Shown here: in pieces, positions 48,201 through 64,000 of the stretch
How the letters are laid out: every line of letters begins with the position of its first letter
Numbering within the stretch: the first letter of the stretch is position 1
Source: Monosiga brevicollis MX1
Taxonomy: Eukaryota
Assembly: GCF_000002865.3 (NCBI RefSeq)
Contig: NW_001865087.1
Location: 26,269-90,268, forward strand
DNA: 64,000 nt
Reading direction: 5' to 3'
Notes under the pieces: generated by a model
What the model saw: only the letters and a program-made list of their open reading frames with translations
What the model was told of the DNA's origin: nothing
The model's database searches: none
Program-made: the position numbers and the translations under genes

Positions 48201-51200
48201 AATATGCCAGGAGCTTGTCGAAGTTGCAGAACGCTTGGTTCATTTTCACATTGTCTGCAACGCCTATCCCAAGGCCGTCGACATCTTGGATCGCATCGTC
48301 ACCGTTTTACGCCCCTCAATCCAGGAAAGTCAGCGCACACTGCAGAGTCACTCGCGCCGGCACCGCAGCAGCCATTCTTCTAGCAAGCGCTTTGGCCGCT
48401 CAGCCTCCTCCGCCTCCAATGAGAGCGATGGCGCAACACCTATCGAAGCTAGTCGTAGCCCCGAGCCGTTGGGAACCCCCCGTTCTCAATCACAGGGCGC
48501 GTTGCCTGCAATGAGCGAGGGCGCGGCAGCCGGTCCGGGCGGTCCCGCGCCTCTGCGCAAAGGCGGATCATCCAATTCTCTTTTTGACGACCGACCCACC
48601 ATGCGCCTCCTCAAACGCGCCAGCAAGCCGCTCATGCGCTTGGTGGATCATGCCGACTCGGGCAACGAAGACGTTCAAGTCGCAGTGTCTGCAGCCCGAA
48701 GCCACTATGAACTCTTGGCAGACGTTCTCAGCAATCTCGGTGCCCTTCACGTGATGCTTCAGGACGTAAGTTTGAATCTCAGACCGCCCCTGCCGACCCC
48801 GTGACGCTCGCTTTGACTCATTCCCCTTGCCACAAACCTTTTTTTTGTTTTTCGACACAGTGGGACAAGGCCATGGAGGCCTACATGGAACGGCGGGCTC
48901 TGTTAACCGCCCTCTGTGACCACGGTCCCGAGTCACTGGAAGACCAAGCCGACGTTAACATGCGTCTGGGCCTCATTGCTTTGGCTAAATTCGACTACGT
49001 GGTGCGTTTGATGGCATGAACCTTGTTGCACTTCGCCACGAGGTCGTTTCAGGAAACTGTAACTGGTTCGCATGCACCCAAGCGTTTTCGTGCCTGCAAA
49101 ATCTGACCATGCTTGCCATGTTGCAGCACGCCACCACCTTCTTCAAGAATGAAATGGAGATCCGCAATCTCGCGCGCGATTCCGCAGGCCACGCCGTCGC
49201 CATGACCAACTTGGGCCACGCCTTGGTGCGCAGCGGCAATGTCGTGGGTGGGGCTCGCGTTCAAGAAAAGGCTTTCCAACTCTTTAGCAACTACTTGAAC
49301 GACCCCATCGGCAAAGCCCGTGCTCATCGAGAGCTTGCTGCTGCTTTTACGGCGGCCGACTCTCCTGACATGGCCATCGAACACTACGAGGCGGTGCGTG
49401 CGGGTCGCCATGTTGACATGATCTCCTGCTCAACGCTTCTTTCAGTTTTTGTGAAATGACGTATTCTCACATCCAACGCGTTTGATTGTTGGCAGATGCT
49501 AAGTATCTTGAGTTGTGAGTCTGCTCCATTGATGGAAGGTGATGCGCACTTGGAGCTAGGTGCCATCTATCTCTCCCTAGGCAACCCGGATGCCGCCACG
49601 CACCATTTTAGGTATGTTCGCGTCGACTTGCTATCTGCCCGATTGGCTCGCGAGCTATCCCACTCATTTTACATGGATTGCCCATCTGCCTTCAGCACGT
49701 GCATCGAGTTGGCTGTCGACAATCATCTCCCACGTCTCGAGAGTGAAGCATTCCGGTAGGTGGCGCAGCCAAACAATCATCCCGTACAGGACGCTTTGAA
49801 TTGTTGCAAGCCATGCCTGGGACAGGCTTTTGTCTGCCTTTGGGTGTGAGTCTCTCTTCCTCTTTGACTAATCGGTGGCCTCGTGTGCCCGTGCCTGGCC
49901 TTTTGGGGTTGCACAGTCAATTTGGTATGGGCTGTGAGCTGATGAACAAGCTGGAGGCAGCCATCGAGGCTTATCGCACCTCCCTCTACGTGTGTCGCGA
50001 GAATGGCTGTGACGCCACGCAACATGTGCGTTACCTGATCAGGGTTACTTTGTTGAAATGTCTTTTTTCTCTCTCTCTCTCTCTCTCCTCCAGATCGAGC
50101 ATTGCATTGAGCTTCTGACGCGCACACGCACGCAATATTTGCCTGGATGTCACGTCATAGGTTGTCTGCTACTTGTCTCTCGGGAATGCGTTACTGGACC
50201 AGTACAACTACATGACCGCGCGCACGTGTTTTGAGCAGGCTTTGAGCATCATCCGACAGGGTGTAAGCAGTTCTGTCGTTTCTGAGTTGATCTGTGACCC
50301 GGGTTGTCCAAGCCTTGTTTTAGTCTCACAAAAAAAAAAAAAACGTTCCGCCCATGTGATCTTTCTCGCGCGCCTGTCATTTTGCGTCAACAGATGGAAG
50401 CCGACATCTTATCCAAAGCCGAGGCCCTTTGTGGTGCCGCAGAGGCCAGCTTTCATTGTCTTGAGCTCGACGAAGCCATCGCCTACTATGAAGAATACCT
50501 CACGGCCTTTGAGTATCTTCCATTCGAAGGTAAGCTTGATTTTCCCCTTCCTTATTTATTTACTTTTTTTTTTTTCTGTTTTCGTCACTCGCTCTCCCAT
50601 ACGCTTTTTGGTCGTTGCGTGTTGATCCACCTCGCTCGCCACGGCTTTGTGAAAAATATCTCACCCTTGAAACATTTATTCAAATGCAGAAAATGTGGCT
50701 TTGTTGGTGGCTTTGACCAACGTGGCGACGGCCTGCGCGCAAAGTGGTCGCCTCACTGAAGCTGCCAACTACCTGCAACGCGCCTTTGAGATGGAACAGG
50801 CACAGAGCAGCGACCCAAGTGGAATCTTGTGCGTAGCCATCTATGTGGACAGGGCGTTCGTGTGTAATTGCCGCTTCATGTCCATGTCGCCACCGCTCTC
50901 ATGTGCGTTACAAAACCAATGACCAATGTTCCAGGGATGATTGGCAGCACGGATTCCGCCTTTCTCTCTATGGAGACATACTTCTCAACCTTGGTGATAC
51001 ACAGGCAGCCGCCGAGCCTCTGACTCGGGCTAGGTATCATCTGCAGGTGGTACGTATCCTCGACTTTTTCCCCCCACGGCCAAATACGCAAGCTCGTTAT
51101 GCGAATGGCCCTAACTTTGGGCCAATCATCACGGGTAATTGCGTTCTTTAGGCCTACAGTCGTGATCCCGAGGCACGCATGGATTACGCCATGAATCTGA

Positions 51201-51440
51201 CCCGAATTTCCAAGGTGGGGGCTAGAGTTGACCCACGTCCGATGGTCGGTCGACAAGCCGTTTGCACTGTGGCCTGCCCTGACTCATTCTCTCTTGTGTG
51301 GTCTCATGGAACAGATGCACTCCATCCTGCACAATCATGAACGGGCAGACCAATACACTCATCTAACTGAAGAATGTATTTTTGAGGACGAGCAATTTGT
51401 TCATATCCCAGATCGCAAGCCCGAGGTCATGCCGATCTAG
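45231..51440 (+). CDS. Large multi-exon TPR-repeat protein with a long Ser/Pro-rich disordered N-terminus
   Basis: Many short exons with TPR helices (AQLNLGLCFEAIG, HLGIALEAL, VLSNLGALHVML, AMTNLGHALVRSG, AHLELGAIYLSLG, NLGMGCELM, SLGNALLDQY, ALTNVATAC). Stop at 51438-40; apparent frameshift near 46865. Confidence 0.85.
47231..47322. repeat. Intronic heptamer tandem repeat (CCTCGCC)n
   Basis: Direct reading. Confidence 0.95.
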
Positions 51441-51899
51441 CCAAACCCAATCCCCGATGCATCATCTTTCTTTACGCCGTGACAGTCTATATGCCCTGAT
51501 GCACCACGGACGTTGCACAACGCTCCACAACTGGTCCACACTAGCATGTGACCTTTGTGGAGTAGTCGCAATCTTCATTTTAGACGTATCTGATCATGGT
51601 ACCTCTCCCGCTTTTTACGGGCAGGCTGGTTCCATAAGCGCTTTGTGTTTCATTTCTCTTCTTGACGTGAATTTTCTGTTTCATGGCTGTCATCGAGTCT
51701 GTCTGTGTCTGCGTGTGCATGTGCGTGTTCGTTTGTTTGCTCGTGTTTTCATGTTCCCACTGTGAATGCGTGTTCTGTTCACATGCCAATTGGCTTGGTC
51801 CGTTTGAATGCAATTAAAGAAAGACCGATTACCTCACCTGCAACGACCTATGGCTCTGGCTCATAAAGCGGGCACGGCATACGGGCCTAAACATTCAGG

Positions 51900-55237
<3,338 letters not shown>

Positions 55238-55329
55238 CTTGTACGGGCTGAATTCGAGTTGGGGTGCCAGATCCAAGCCCGCCAGGCTAAGAACATGAGC
55301 GAAGCGCCCGCCGGGGTGAGTGAGGCGAA

Positions 55330-55785
55330 GGAGCACAGCCGAGAGGGGAGGAGGGGAGATTGAGCACACAGCACACCGCAGAGTAGAGACCTCAGCAGAG
55401 GGACAGGGACACATTGAGCACAAAAGCACAAAGCGCAGAACGCAGAGAAGCGGGGACAGAGGTGCAGGAGCACCGAGCACCGAGCACAGAGGGTACAGAA
55501 GCATAGAGCACAGAGGATAGAGCGTATAGACAGGGGCACAGCGCACAGAGGGTACAGAGCACCGAGCATACAGAGAGGCACGGCGCACCGAGGGCATACA
55601 GCGAGAGGGAGCACGGCACACCGAGGGCATACAGCAAAAGGAAGCACGGCGCACCGAGGGCGCACCGAGGGCACACAGAGAGAGGGAGCACGGCGCACCG
55701 AGGGCACAGCGAGGGCGCGCCGAGGGCACACCGCGAGGGCGCACCGCGAGGGGTTCAGGAGCACCGAGCACAGGGCTCACCGAGA
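55330..55785. repeat. Degenerate minisatellite (gcaccgagggca / gcacagag units) upstream of the VPS9 gene
   Basis: Recurrent gcaccgag, gcacagag and cggcgcaccgagggca motifs. Confidence 0.75.
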
Positions 55786-56520
55786 TCTGAGAAATGAGTG
55801 CAGAGATGGAGGTTGAGGTTGAGGCGAAAGCAGAGGGACGAGGCGAGTCTTGGGGTGTGTCCAGAGGTACAGAAGATTGGAGAGTCGACTTACGTTTGTG
55901 AGTAAGGCAAAATCAGAGATTTGTGCGTGGCGTTGAGACGTTTTAGAGAGTTTTTGTGGATATCAGAGACACTCAGAGAGGGGATAGAGACAAGATTCGG
56001 AGGACGAGCCAGAGGTGGAGACTGTGTCAGTGACCTTTTCCAGAGAAGCATGCTTCTCACACAGAGCTTCTGGTTATATTTTCGTGCAGAATGAGAGATT
56101 CGGTTGAAAATGGTTCATATATCAGAGAGACGCGACGTTCACTGACCTCCAACTGTCTGACAATTACAAGCTTGCTGTTGTACCTTTGATACCATATGTG
56201 CAAGCGAAATCAGTGAGATTCGCGCTTTTTTTTTACGAGCACTTCATCTGTTACATCCGATGTATACATTAAACGTCGTTCAAGTGTGACACTACAGTAA
56301 CCTTATACACGATATACCACTCAACGTGTATACCAAAGTCTGACTCGATGTATAATTTTAAATGGGTTTCCTAGTTTAAAAGAAACAAGCAGCGGCGCCG
56401 GCGCTCAACGACACAACACACTGACACCGCCACCGCCGACGAGGAGGACGTTCAAGACGGCATCGGACCACCATCGTATCACCGTTTGCACCCGTATGCA
56501 GGTGAGAGGGGACATGCTGC

Positions 56521-56574
<54 letters not shown>

Positions 56575-57251
56575 CACGCACACGCACACTTAAAAATTAA
56601 AACATGCCCAGATGACTGAACTGCTGCTGCTCCTCCTCCTCCAACTGCTGCTGCTGCTGCTGCTTGGGGGTGACCTCCTTTGCTGTTTGCGTGTTGTGCT
56701 TGCTTGTTTTGCTTTACCGCTATGATCCACCCCCACCCCCTCTCCTATCGCCGGTTGACCTAGCTGGTGCCACCGCCATGCTCCCGCTTGTTCTCGTTGT
56801 TGGCCTGGATCGGACTGACCGATACCAGTGTGCCGCTCCCCTCCGTCCTGAAGCATTGGCACTGTCAAAGACGCCCTTTCCTCTCATCTATCACTCATCA
56901 CTCGTCCACCTTTTGCTGCGCTAAACAAGAACTGGCAGCAATCTCACTGCGCTCTCTCCATCTCTCCCTCTCTCCCTTCTCCGCTCACTCTCTCGCTCAC
57001 TCTCCCCCTCCCCCACCACCACCACCACCATTAGCCTGCTTTTACTCCCCCGATGAACCTTTCTTGCCCTCACCACGCTGAACAACCCTGCCATTCTGCT
57101 GTCACTTCAACACAGAGCATTGCTCGTTGTAGAGCCAAACTCGCTGGCAACTAGAGCCAATTTCTTCAAGTACTCCGCCTCACCCGCCATCCCCACGACC
57201 AACCAAGAATAACCCTAGTCTTGCGTTACACCTCCGCGTTGGTGCACAAGG

Positions 57252-60200
57252 ATGGCATCGCTCGAGGCGTTGTGTCTACAGACCCTGGCCCGGGCCTGGT
57301 TGGCCCATCAACGCCAGATTGAACGCGACGGCCGACCTTGCTCCGCCTCTGACCGTCCCCACCAGAGTCACACTGAGGATATTGCTGCCCACCACGGCTA
57401 CGCGGAACACACAGACGACAATGATGGCATCGAAGATGAGAATCTCGACAGCAAACGCCTGGAAGACCCCGACCATGACCCTGACCCGCTCTCCGTCTCC
57501 GTTAAAACTTGGCTCGAGGCTGGAGAACAGCCCAGCATCCTCCGCAGCTTTCACGACCACTGGCTGAAAATCAGCACTCCCGACTCGGCCACGGCCCGCG
57601 CTGGCCAAGCTCTTGATCAAATCGCCCTTGCCCCTGCCTGGCTCCAACCCACCCTCGCCATGTATGCCGAAGCCATCGAGGTAACCTTCGTTTTCCCTCC
57701 CATATCGCCTTGCTTGGAAATGACAAGCAGAACGCGGCTATTTTTCAACCTCGCCCTGCTTCTCCTGCTCGCGTCTCCGCTTTGGCCTCACGCACATCTG
57801 CCCCTCTCTGCTCCAACCAATTACACTCGCAGCGCGAAGAGCTCTATCTTGGAGGACGCATCAGCCGACCACCCTTTCCCACCTTTGTGCGCTCTCAAAA
57901 CGACGACGGCTCAGCCCGCTGCCAACTTCATGGTGTACGTTCGTCACGTCACCCACCAAGCGCACTCGTGACCCTTTTCTGCTGTACACTCACCGCTGCC
58001 CCAACCACCCTGTCTCCTTTGACATCCTAGTTTCTCTGGCAATACGACCTCAGACCTCAAGATTTGGAATTGTTGGTGCAGCATCCCCTCTCCACCTTTA
58101 TCTGGCGACCTTTGGACACGTGGAGCGAGCCCTTTGAATCGGGCGCCCTGGCTGCCATGCTGTACGACCAGACCACATCGATCCCACCCCGGGCCTCGCC
58201 CTTTGTTCTTCGTTTTCTGGACACCACTGTAAACCACACAGCAACCTCTCCCGAACCCGCCCACTCAATGAAGCCCCCTCCCAACTTGGTCGTTCCCATA
58301 GGCTGCTCCCCTCGCTTCGTGTCTGCGATATTCGTTGCTACAGCCAGAACCTGCTTTATTCCAATCTACTCCTCTCCCAGGCGTCCCCTTCCATCGAGCA
58401 GCTAACGCTCCATGGCCTTCGCTTTGTAAGCCGAGACCCCACGCCACCCCTTGACTCGCCACCCTTTCTGCGTTTTGCCCTTACTTGCCCATCATCATAT
58501 GGTTTGCTTTGATCCTCGAGCGCCTCTCAGACCGTCGACTTTTTGCCTTCGCTGGTCAATTTAACATCCCTGGATGTGTCTGGCACCAAATTTGGCAACG
58601 AGCATGTATGTGGCCCTCTGCCAACACCGTTTTTCGAGCGTCTTCTGCTTTTATACAGCGCAAACTGACGGGGCATATTTTGCCTCGATCCCCTGACACC
58701 TATAGCTGAAACTGCTCACCCAAAGTCCGGTGGCCGCGACGCTACGAGAATTTTACGCCGCCGACACACCTCTATCTTTGCCCCTCAGCGCTTTATTTGG
58801 CAAGCTTACCAACCTTCGCAAGCTTTCACTGGCCGAAGTGGCCAGCCTCAAGTCTCACTTTGGCGTAAGTCCTCACGTACTCGAGACAACAAACAACAGC
58901 CTACTGCACTTTGTCATATGTCCTTGGGATCGCCTCCTTGTTTGACTGTTCCTCTGTCGCCTGCCCATTCTCGTAAGCCTCGTACTCATTGGCCCATTGT
59001 GTTCTCTTTAGTCCAATGAAGCTGTTCTACAGGACCTGGAGGCGTTGGCTCGTCACTGCCCAAAGGTGGAATTTGCTCCCTGTTCACCCCATCCCCAACC
59101 CCCTTCTTTATCCCTATCCCTCCCAGACCGTGCCATGAATTTGCCATCATCTTATTTCGGCCTGCTTCGACCCCACAGCTTGAATGGTTGGACCTGACCG
59201 GATTGCACGTGGACCTCGACGTTCTCACCGTACGTCGTGTCCGCATTTGCCGACACACACGCACGTGACCTCTTCGCCTTTGAACCCGGGATCGGTGAAA
59301 TTTGCTCTTTCACCCTGACCTTTGCATCAACCGCACTCGCATCAACCGCAGTGGCTTGGACGGTACTGTCCTCACCTTCAGTACCTAGGGCTAGTTAATA
59401 CGACCTTCGATGCACCAGATGTGCTGGCCAGATTCCCTACTACACGTCCCAACGATGGCGCAAATAGAACACCACCCTCCGATGACCCTTTTGGCAGTAC
59501 TGATCTGCCGGATGAACGCCCAACTGAAGCTGATCTCGCACCCCTGCGCCCCATCATGGCCATCGCCAATGGTGAACTTGAACATATTGCGCGAGGCCTC
59601 ATGGAGCTCTCGCCCCTGCTCGAGTCTGCCATCGGCTCCGTCTGCTCGGCTCTCTTCTCCACGTTGACGAGAAATCCACAGCCCATGCCCGTAGAGCTTT
59701 TCGAGCGTTGCATCACCCTGATTCGTTGGCGACGCCACATAGCTACCTCGCAACCCGAGCCCACGGCGGCCCCCGTCATCACAGGCTTGACCGCGGTCAT
59801 GTTTGCTCTCCTTGATCGTCAAGTTTGTTCCGACATTCCCGTTCTGTTGCGCCACAAGGCTGTGACCGAACTATGCTTGTGTTTACAGCAACTGGTCTGC
59901 GCGACGAGCGTTGTCCGAAACATGTGTCTTGTTTTGGAACGCTTTGACCCATTCTCAGACCTCGCCCCTATCAGCGTCCCGCTCTTTGGCGCCCTCATGC
60001 GCTATCTTGGGCATGACCAACTGATGCAACTCGACGCCCGCACCCTACGCGCCATCGTGAGCCTCTTGGCCCACTACCTCGGCATTTTGCATCCTCCTCT
60101 GAAAGCAGCCATGCTTGACTACACCCCGGACTTTGGCAGCCGGGTTGGTCTGCCGTGACCTCGTTTGCTGGTGCTGTTGCATGATGCAAGACGCGTTTGG

Positions 60201-61576
60201 TGATGTGCTTCGTCCCTCACCAACCTCGCCTGTCTCGCCAATTCGCGTAGCTGCGCCATTTGCTCGAACTCCTCTGGAGTACCGGAGTGGATCAAGCCGA
60301 GAACCATGACATCAACTTCATCTTGGAAGCCATCTTCTCGCTGCTGTGGAACATCACGGATGAGTGTCCTATCAATTCGCGACGCGTGTTGAGCACAGAT
60401 CTTTTCGACTATGCCTTTCGAATCAAGCTTCCGGTACGTCCTCATGGCTTGTGCCCGCCGCTACTGTCAATGGCGCCACCACTCATCCCTCACCCTGTTC
60501 TCTTCAACAGACCATTATTCAAGCCAAACAATACAACATCTTGCGTGCCATGATGGGCCTACTTGCCAATATGAGCGAGGTTCACACCTTGACGCACAAG
60601 TTGGTCCAGCACCCTGTCCTTTTGCGCAGCCTATTGATGCTGTTGCAGGATGAATATCGTCAGCGCCCGTCACCAGCAGCTGGACAGCACGACCCTCACG
60701 CTTATTCCTCGGTGCGTGTGCCTTCTTTTCAACTCCCAACCCCCAACAAACACACACACGCACTTTTTCCGTTTATTCTTTGTCGACACTATGAGCCAAA
60801 GAAAGCATGCTGGGATGCAGGTGCAGCAGTGTTAGACCCATGACAGCTGACCGCATCTGTATCGTTGCTGCTCGATCCTATGTTAGTCGGACCTCGAGTT
60901 GACCTACAACGTCGTGGGAATTTTGTGCAACATCATGTCAGTGTGCGACCATAAGGGGCTGCGTCTTACTCCGAACATCAAGAGTCGATACGACTCTATT
61001 CCGTTCCACGTGGTACGTTTCTCAACGCCCAGCCGACCTTCCCCTTGGCCTTGACCCGCAACCACTCTCACTGCGCCTTGCGTCCTCGCAACAACGATAG
61101 ATTGCCGCAGTTGAATCGTGGCCCAAGGCCAATTTGGACCGCTGCTGGATCAACTACCGGACCTTGCGGCCGCTTCAGGAGCATCTGCGTTGTCGGCGCC
61201 ACCACATTCAAGAACCTATCCTCATTTGGGCCACCTGGGCCATCTGGCAGCTTTGCCGAACCTTGCGTGCGTCCATCTTTATGCTCTGCTCCCTCCTTGA
61301 CGGTCATCAAACGCCCATGCTTTTTATCAAGCACGACTGTCTGCGGCCTGATCCATGTTGTACGCTGGCTCACCACCGCCTGCTTTTGTTTTCTGTGCAG
61401 CGGATACCTTCATTCCCATGACAGTGCATGAGGGTGTTTTCTTCGATCTGCGAGCCGTCGCAAGTTTACCGACCGTGCCCGCCACCGTCACAAACTACTC
61501 CCGCCTGGCTTTGGATCTGTATGTTGACACGTATCCTGCATATTGTTTCAGTCAGCAGTCGCGACCGAGCTTCTAA
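57252..61576 (+). CDS. ZER1: ZER1/ZYG11-family CRL2 substrate receptor (BC-box, LRR, ARM repeats), multi-exon
   Basis: N-terminal SLEALCLQTL (BC/VHL-box-like), LRR-like exons, then the family motifs FSLLWNITDECP, LRAMMGLLANMSEV, LELTYNVVGILCNIM, INYRTLRPL and WATWAIWQL. Confidence 0.88.
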
Positions 61577-62404
61577 AAGATGGACCGTATTTTAACCTGC
61601 ACTGACCTCATTCTTGTTGCACACGCTTCAACCCACGTTGTGTAGATGTCGTGCAAAAGCACCGCGACTGGGCTTGCAAGACCTCATCCGCTTTTGGGAC
61701 GACCAACCGCTACTGACATGAATTGGGCGCAAAGCGCCAAACGCCGCGCAACATCACTTTGACGTGACAGCCAAGCATCGCATGACTGATCATTCTTACT
61801 TGCCAAACAAACAAAACCACGCAAGAGGAATTTGTGCATAGCACTATGCTGCGGATGTAGCATTATCCCTTCTGGCTTGAGTCTCGGTCTGCTTCATTGA
61901 TGCTGTGGAGTCGCACTGAATTTGTAATCCGCTTGAGAAGTTATTATCAAATGCAATCAGCACATTTATTTGTTCTGAATTGGTTGTTGGCCTGAGGTTG
62001 CGCGAGCCAAGTTCTTGTCGTAACCGCGCGGCGAAATACGACGAGAAAGGGCTTCGGCTTCATACATATTATTTGTACACTACAAGCACTCACGAACACC
62101 AAACATGTTTACACACTCGGCCCACTCGCACCCCAAATCAAAACTCTTCAACTACAAACCCAGAGATCGTGAGCACTGGCAACGGCGACCGCCAGGAATT
62201 TTGACATCATCCTACAAAATCGCGCAAATAGGCCGCACTTGACCACGAGGTCTCTCTGGCCAGAGCTCACGAAACAAGCACCGAGTCGCTCAAAAGACTT
62301 TATCGGGCTAAAAAGAAAAAAAAGAAAAAAACACATGGAAAGACATGACACTGCGAAACATCGCAACGATCGAACTGAAGACACGGCGCATCCGGCCCGC
62401 CAAC

Positions 62405-64000
62405 TCAGGCGTTGGTGTCACCAGACGTTACATCAACGCCCTGCTTGATGGCCATACGAACCGCCGCGATGTCATCAAGCGAGAGCTGCAGGTTGAACAG
62501 TGCGTCGCCGGAATGAGTGAGCGGGCCATGCATCTAGAACAGAGCGATAGGAAATCATCCATGCATCACAAAAAGGCGCGTACACACCTGTTTAACGGCG
62601 AGGCGGATGGGCTCGGTGCCAAAACTGACAAATTTGGTCACAATTTCCTTTTGAGACAGACCATACACCGACTCGCCCATCATGCTCACAATCACATCGC
62701 CCACGACCAAACCGGCGGCCTCGGCTGCACCACCGGCATCCAACTGTGTAACAGCGACTGGGGCACTTCCTGCTCATGCATGAGTTTCACACATTCAGCA
62801 TACATGAGCAAACAGTGCGAATTCCCGGTCATGAGGTCGGCATGGGTCGGCGCACTAATGATATCGAAGCCACCAGGAATGGTTAGGAAGAGCGGTCCGC
62901 ACAGACATACCTTTGATCACAAAGCCAAACCCTGAAGGGCCCTTTTTGAGAGTGATTTGGCGCAAGTCGGTATGCAAATCCGGAGTCTAAGGCGATTCAA
63001 TCAAAGAAGCAATTCAGGACACCATGGGACAGGGGTGAGCAGGCCACAAGGGCTGGCAGTTGGTAATTGGATGCAACCCACACACGCCTAAACACATACC
63101 TGCAGGGTCTTCATGGCTGCCTGTGCCTGGCGCTTGGCGACGGAAATCTCGTCCTCACCAGACGCAGCAGCGGCGCCCGTGGCTGGGACGTTGTCACCCC
63201 ATACTTGACGTTGTCGCTCCACGGGAGCCCCTGGACTTGACAACGCCTGCTCAATGGCTTCTCCTCGCATGTAGCCATTGCTCTTCACGCCGCCGTGCAG
63301 CGCATTAGCCCCTTCGCTGCCCAGGAGATTTTTGCGCTGCTGCCGCTGCGCCTCGATGCGACGAATCTCCTCTAGCTCCCGCTGCTGCTGCATCGAAAGT
63401 TGGCCGGGTGGGGCGCCCGGTCCACCCTGTGGGGCTGGCGCACCACGACCGAGATGCCCGTACATGCCTTGCGGTGGTGGATGCATGGGTGGGCCTTGCC
63501 TCAGGTTGGGAAAGGATCCCGGTGGCGGTTGATAGTGATAACGACCACGGCCACCGTGAGGAGGGTACTGCGCACCGTACATCCCTGGTGGCGGTCCATA
63601 ACCCGGACCGCCACCATACATCTGCTGCTGCTGTTGCAGATAGGCAGCGTAGTAGGGGTCGTAGCCAGCGGGCCCATACTGCCCATACCCGCCCGGTGGT
63701 GGTCCATAGCCTTGAGGGCCATAGCCCGGGGGCGGTGGGCCATAGCCCTGGTAAGGCGCCCCGCCCGGATAGCCACCAAGTCCGCGACCGCGAGCCATGC
63801 CAGGTGGGATAGCGCGTACTTGTGGCCCGACACCACGCCCAGCCATCATGTGTTGTGGATGGTGTGGTTGCTGCTGCTGTTGTTGTTGCGTGTACGGGGG
63901 TGGGCCTCCTTGCTGCTGTGGGAACCCATACTGTTGTTGCTGTGGATGTGGCTGTGGCTGTTGTTGCTGCCAAAAAGGAGATGCACAGGTGAGCGGCAGT
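62405..64000 (-). CDS. PDZ-domain protein with a Gln- and Gly/Pro/Tyr-rich low-complexity region; 5' end outside the window
   Basis: Spliced PDZ: RQITLKKGPSGFGFVIK|GSAPVAVTQLDAGGAAEAAGLVVGDVIVSMMGESV...IRLAVKQ. The last exon ends ...SGDTNA* at 62405. Confidence 0.88.

Noticed and set aside
55238..55780. Cys-rich N-terminal extension of the VPS9 ORF
   Set aside because: Translation of a degenerate minisatellite upstream of the likely ATG at 55237.
56600..56725. Leu-rich signal-peptide-like mini ORF
   Set aside because: Derived from CTG/CTC triplet repeats and ends after ~37 codons; probably UTR or intergenic.

Overview
Compact, GC-rich eukaryotic genomic DNA with short GT-AG introns, many microsatellites and three assembly gaps. 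The gene content (SH2, PDZ, PSI/EGF/IPT receptor, ZER1-like, PKA-C, RPL18A) fits a unicellular holozoan, probably a choanoflagellate such as Monosiga; this is an inference. The right half is mostly housekeeping and signalling genes: a MULE-derived zinc-finger protein, BTB-Kelch, RPL18A, PKA-C, a TPR protein, a VPS9 GEF, ZER1/ZYG11 and a PDZ protein. The left ~28 kb is rich in putative recognition proteins: three paralogues of a small ankyrin-repeat family, a giant single-pass receptor, an SH2-linked secreted/receptor ORF and two intronless secreted 7-bladed FG-GAP propellers (a third lies at 42.5 kb). The most striking signal is at 5549-6473. Five tandem ~200-bp exon+intron cassettes each encode exactly one phase-0 ankyrin repeat. 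Their introns and scaffold codons are near-identical, while amino-acid variation is concentrated on the target-binding positions. The cassettes sit between a constant N-cap exon and a divergent C-cap exon, like a natural exon-cassette DARPin library. All exon structures were deduced by eye.
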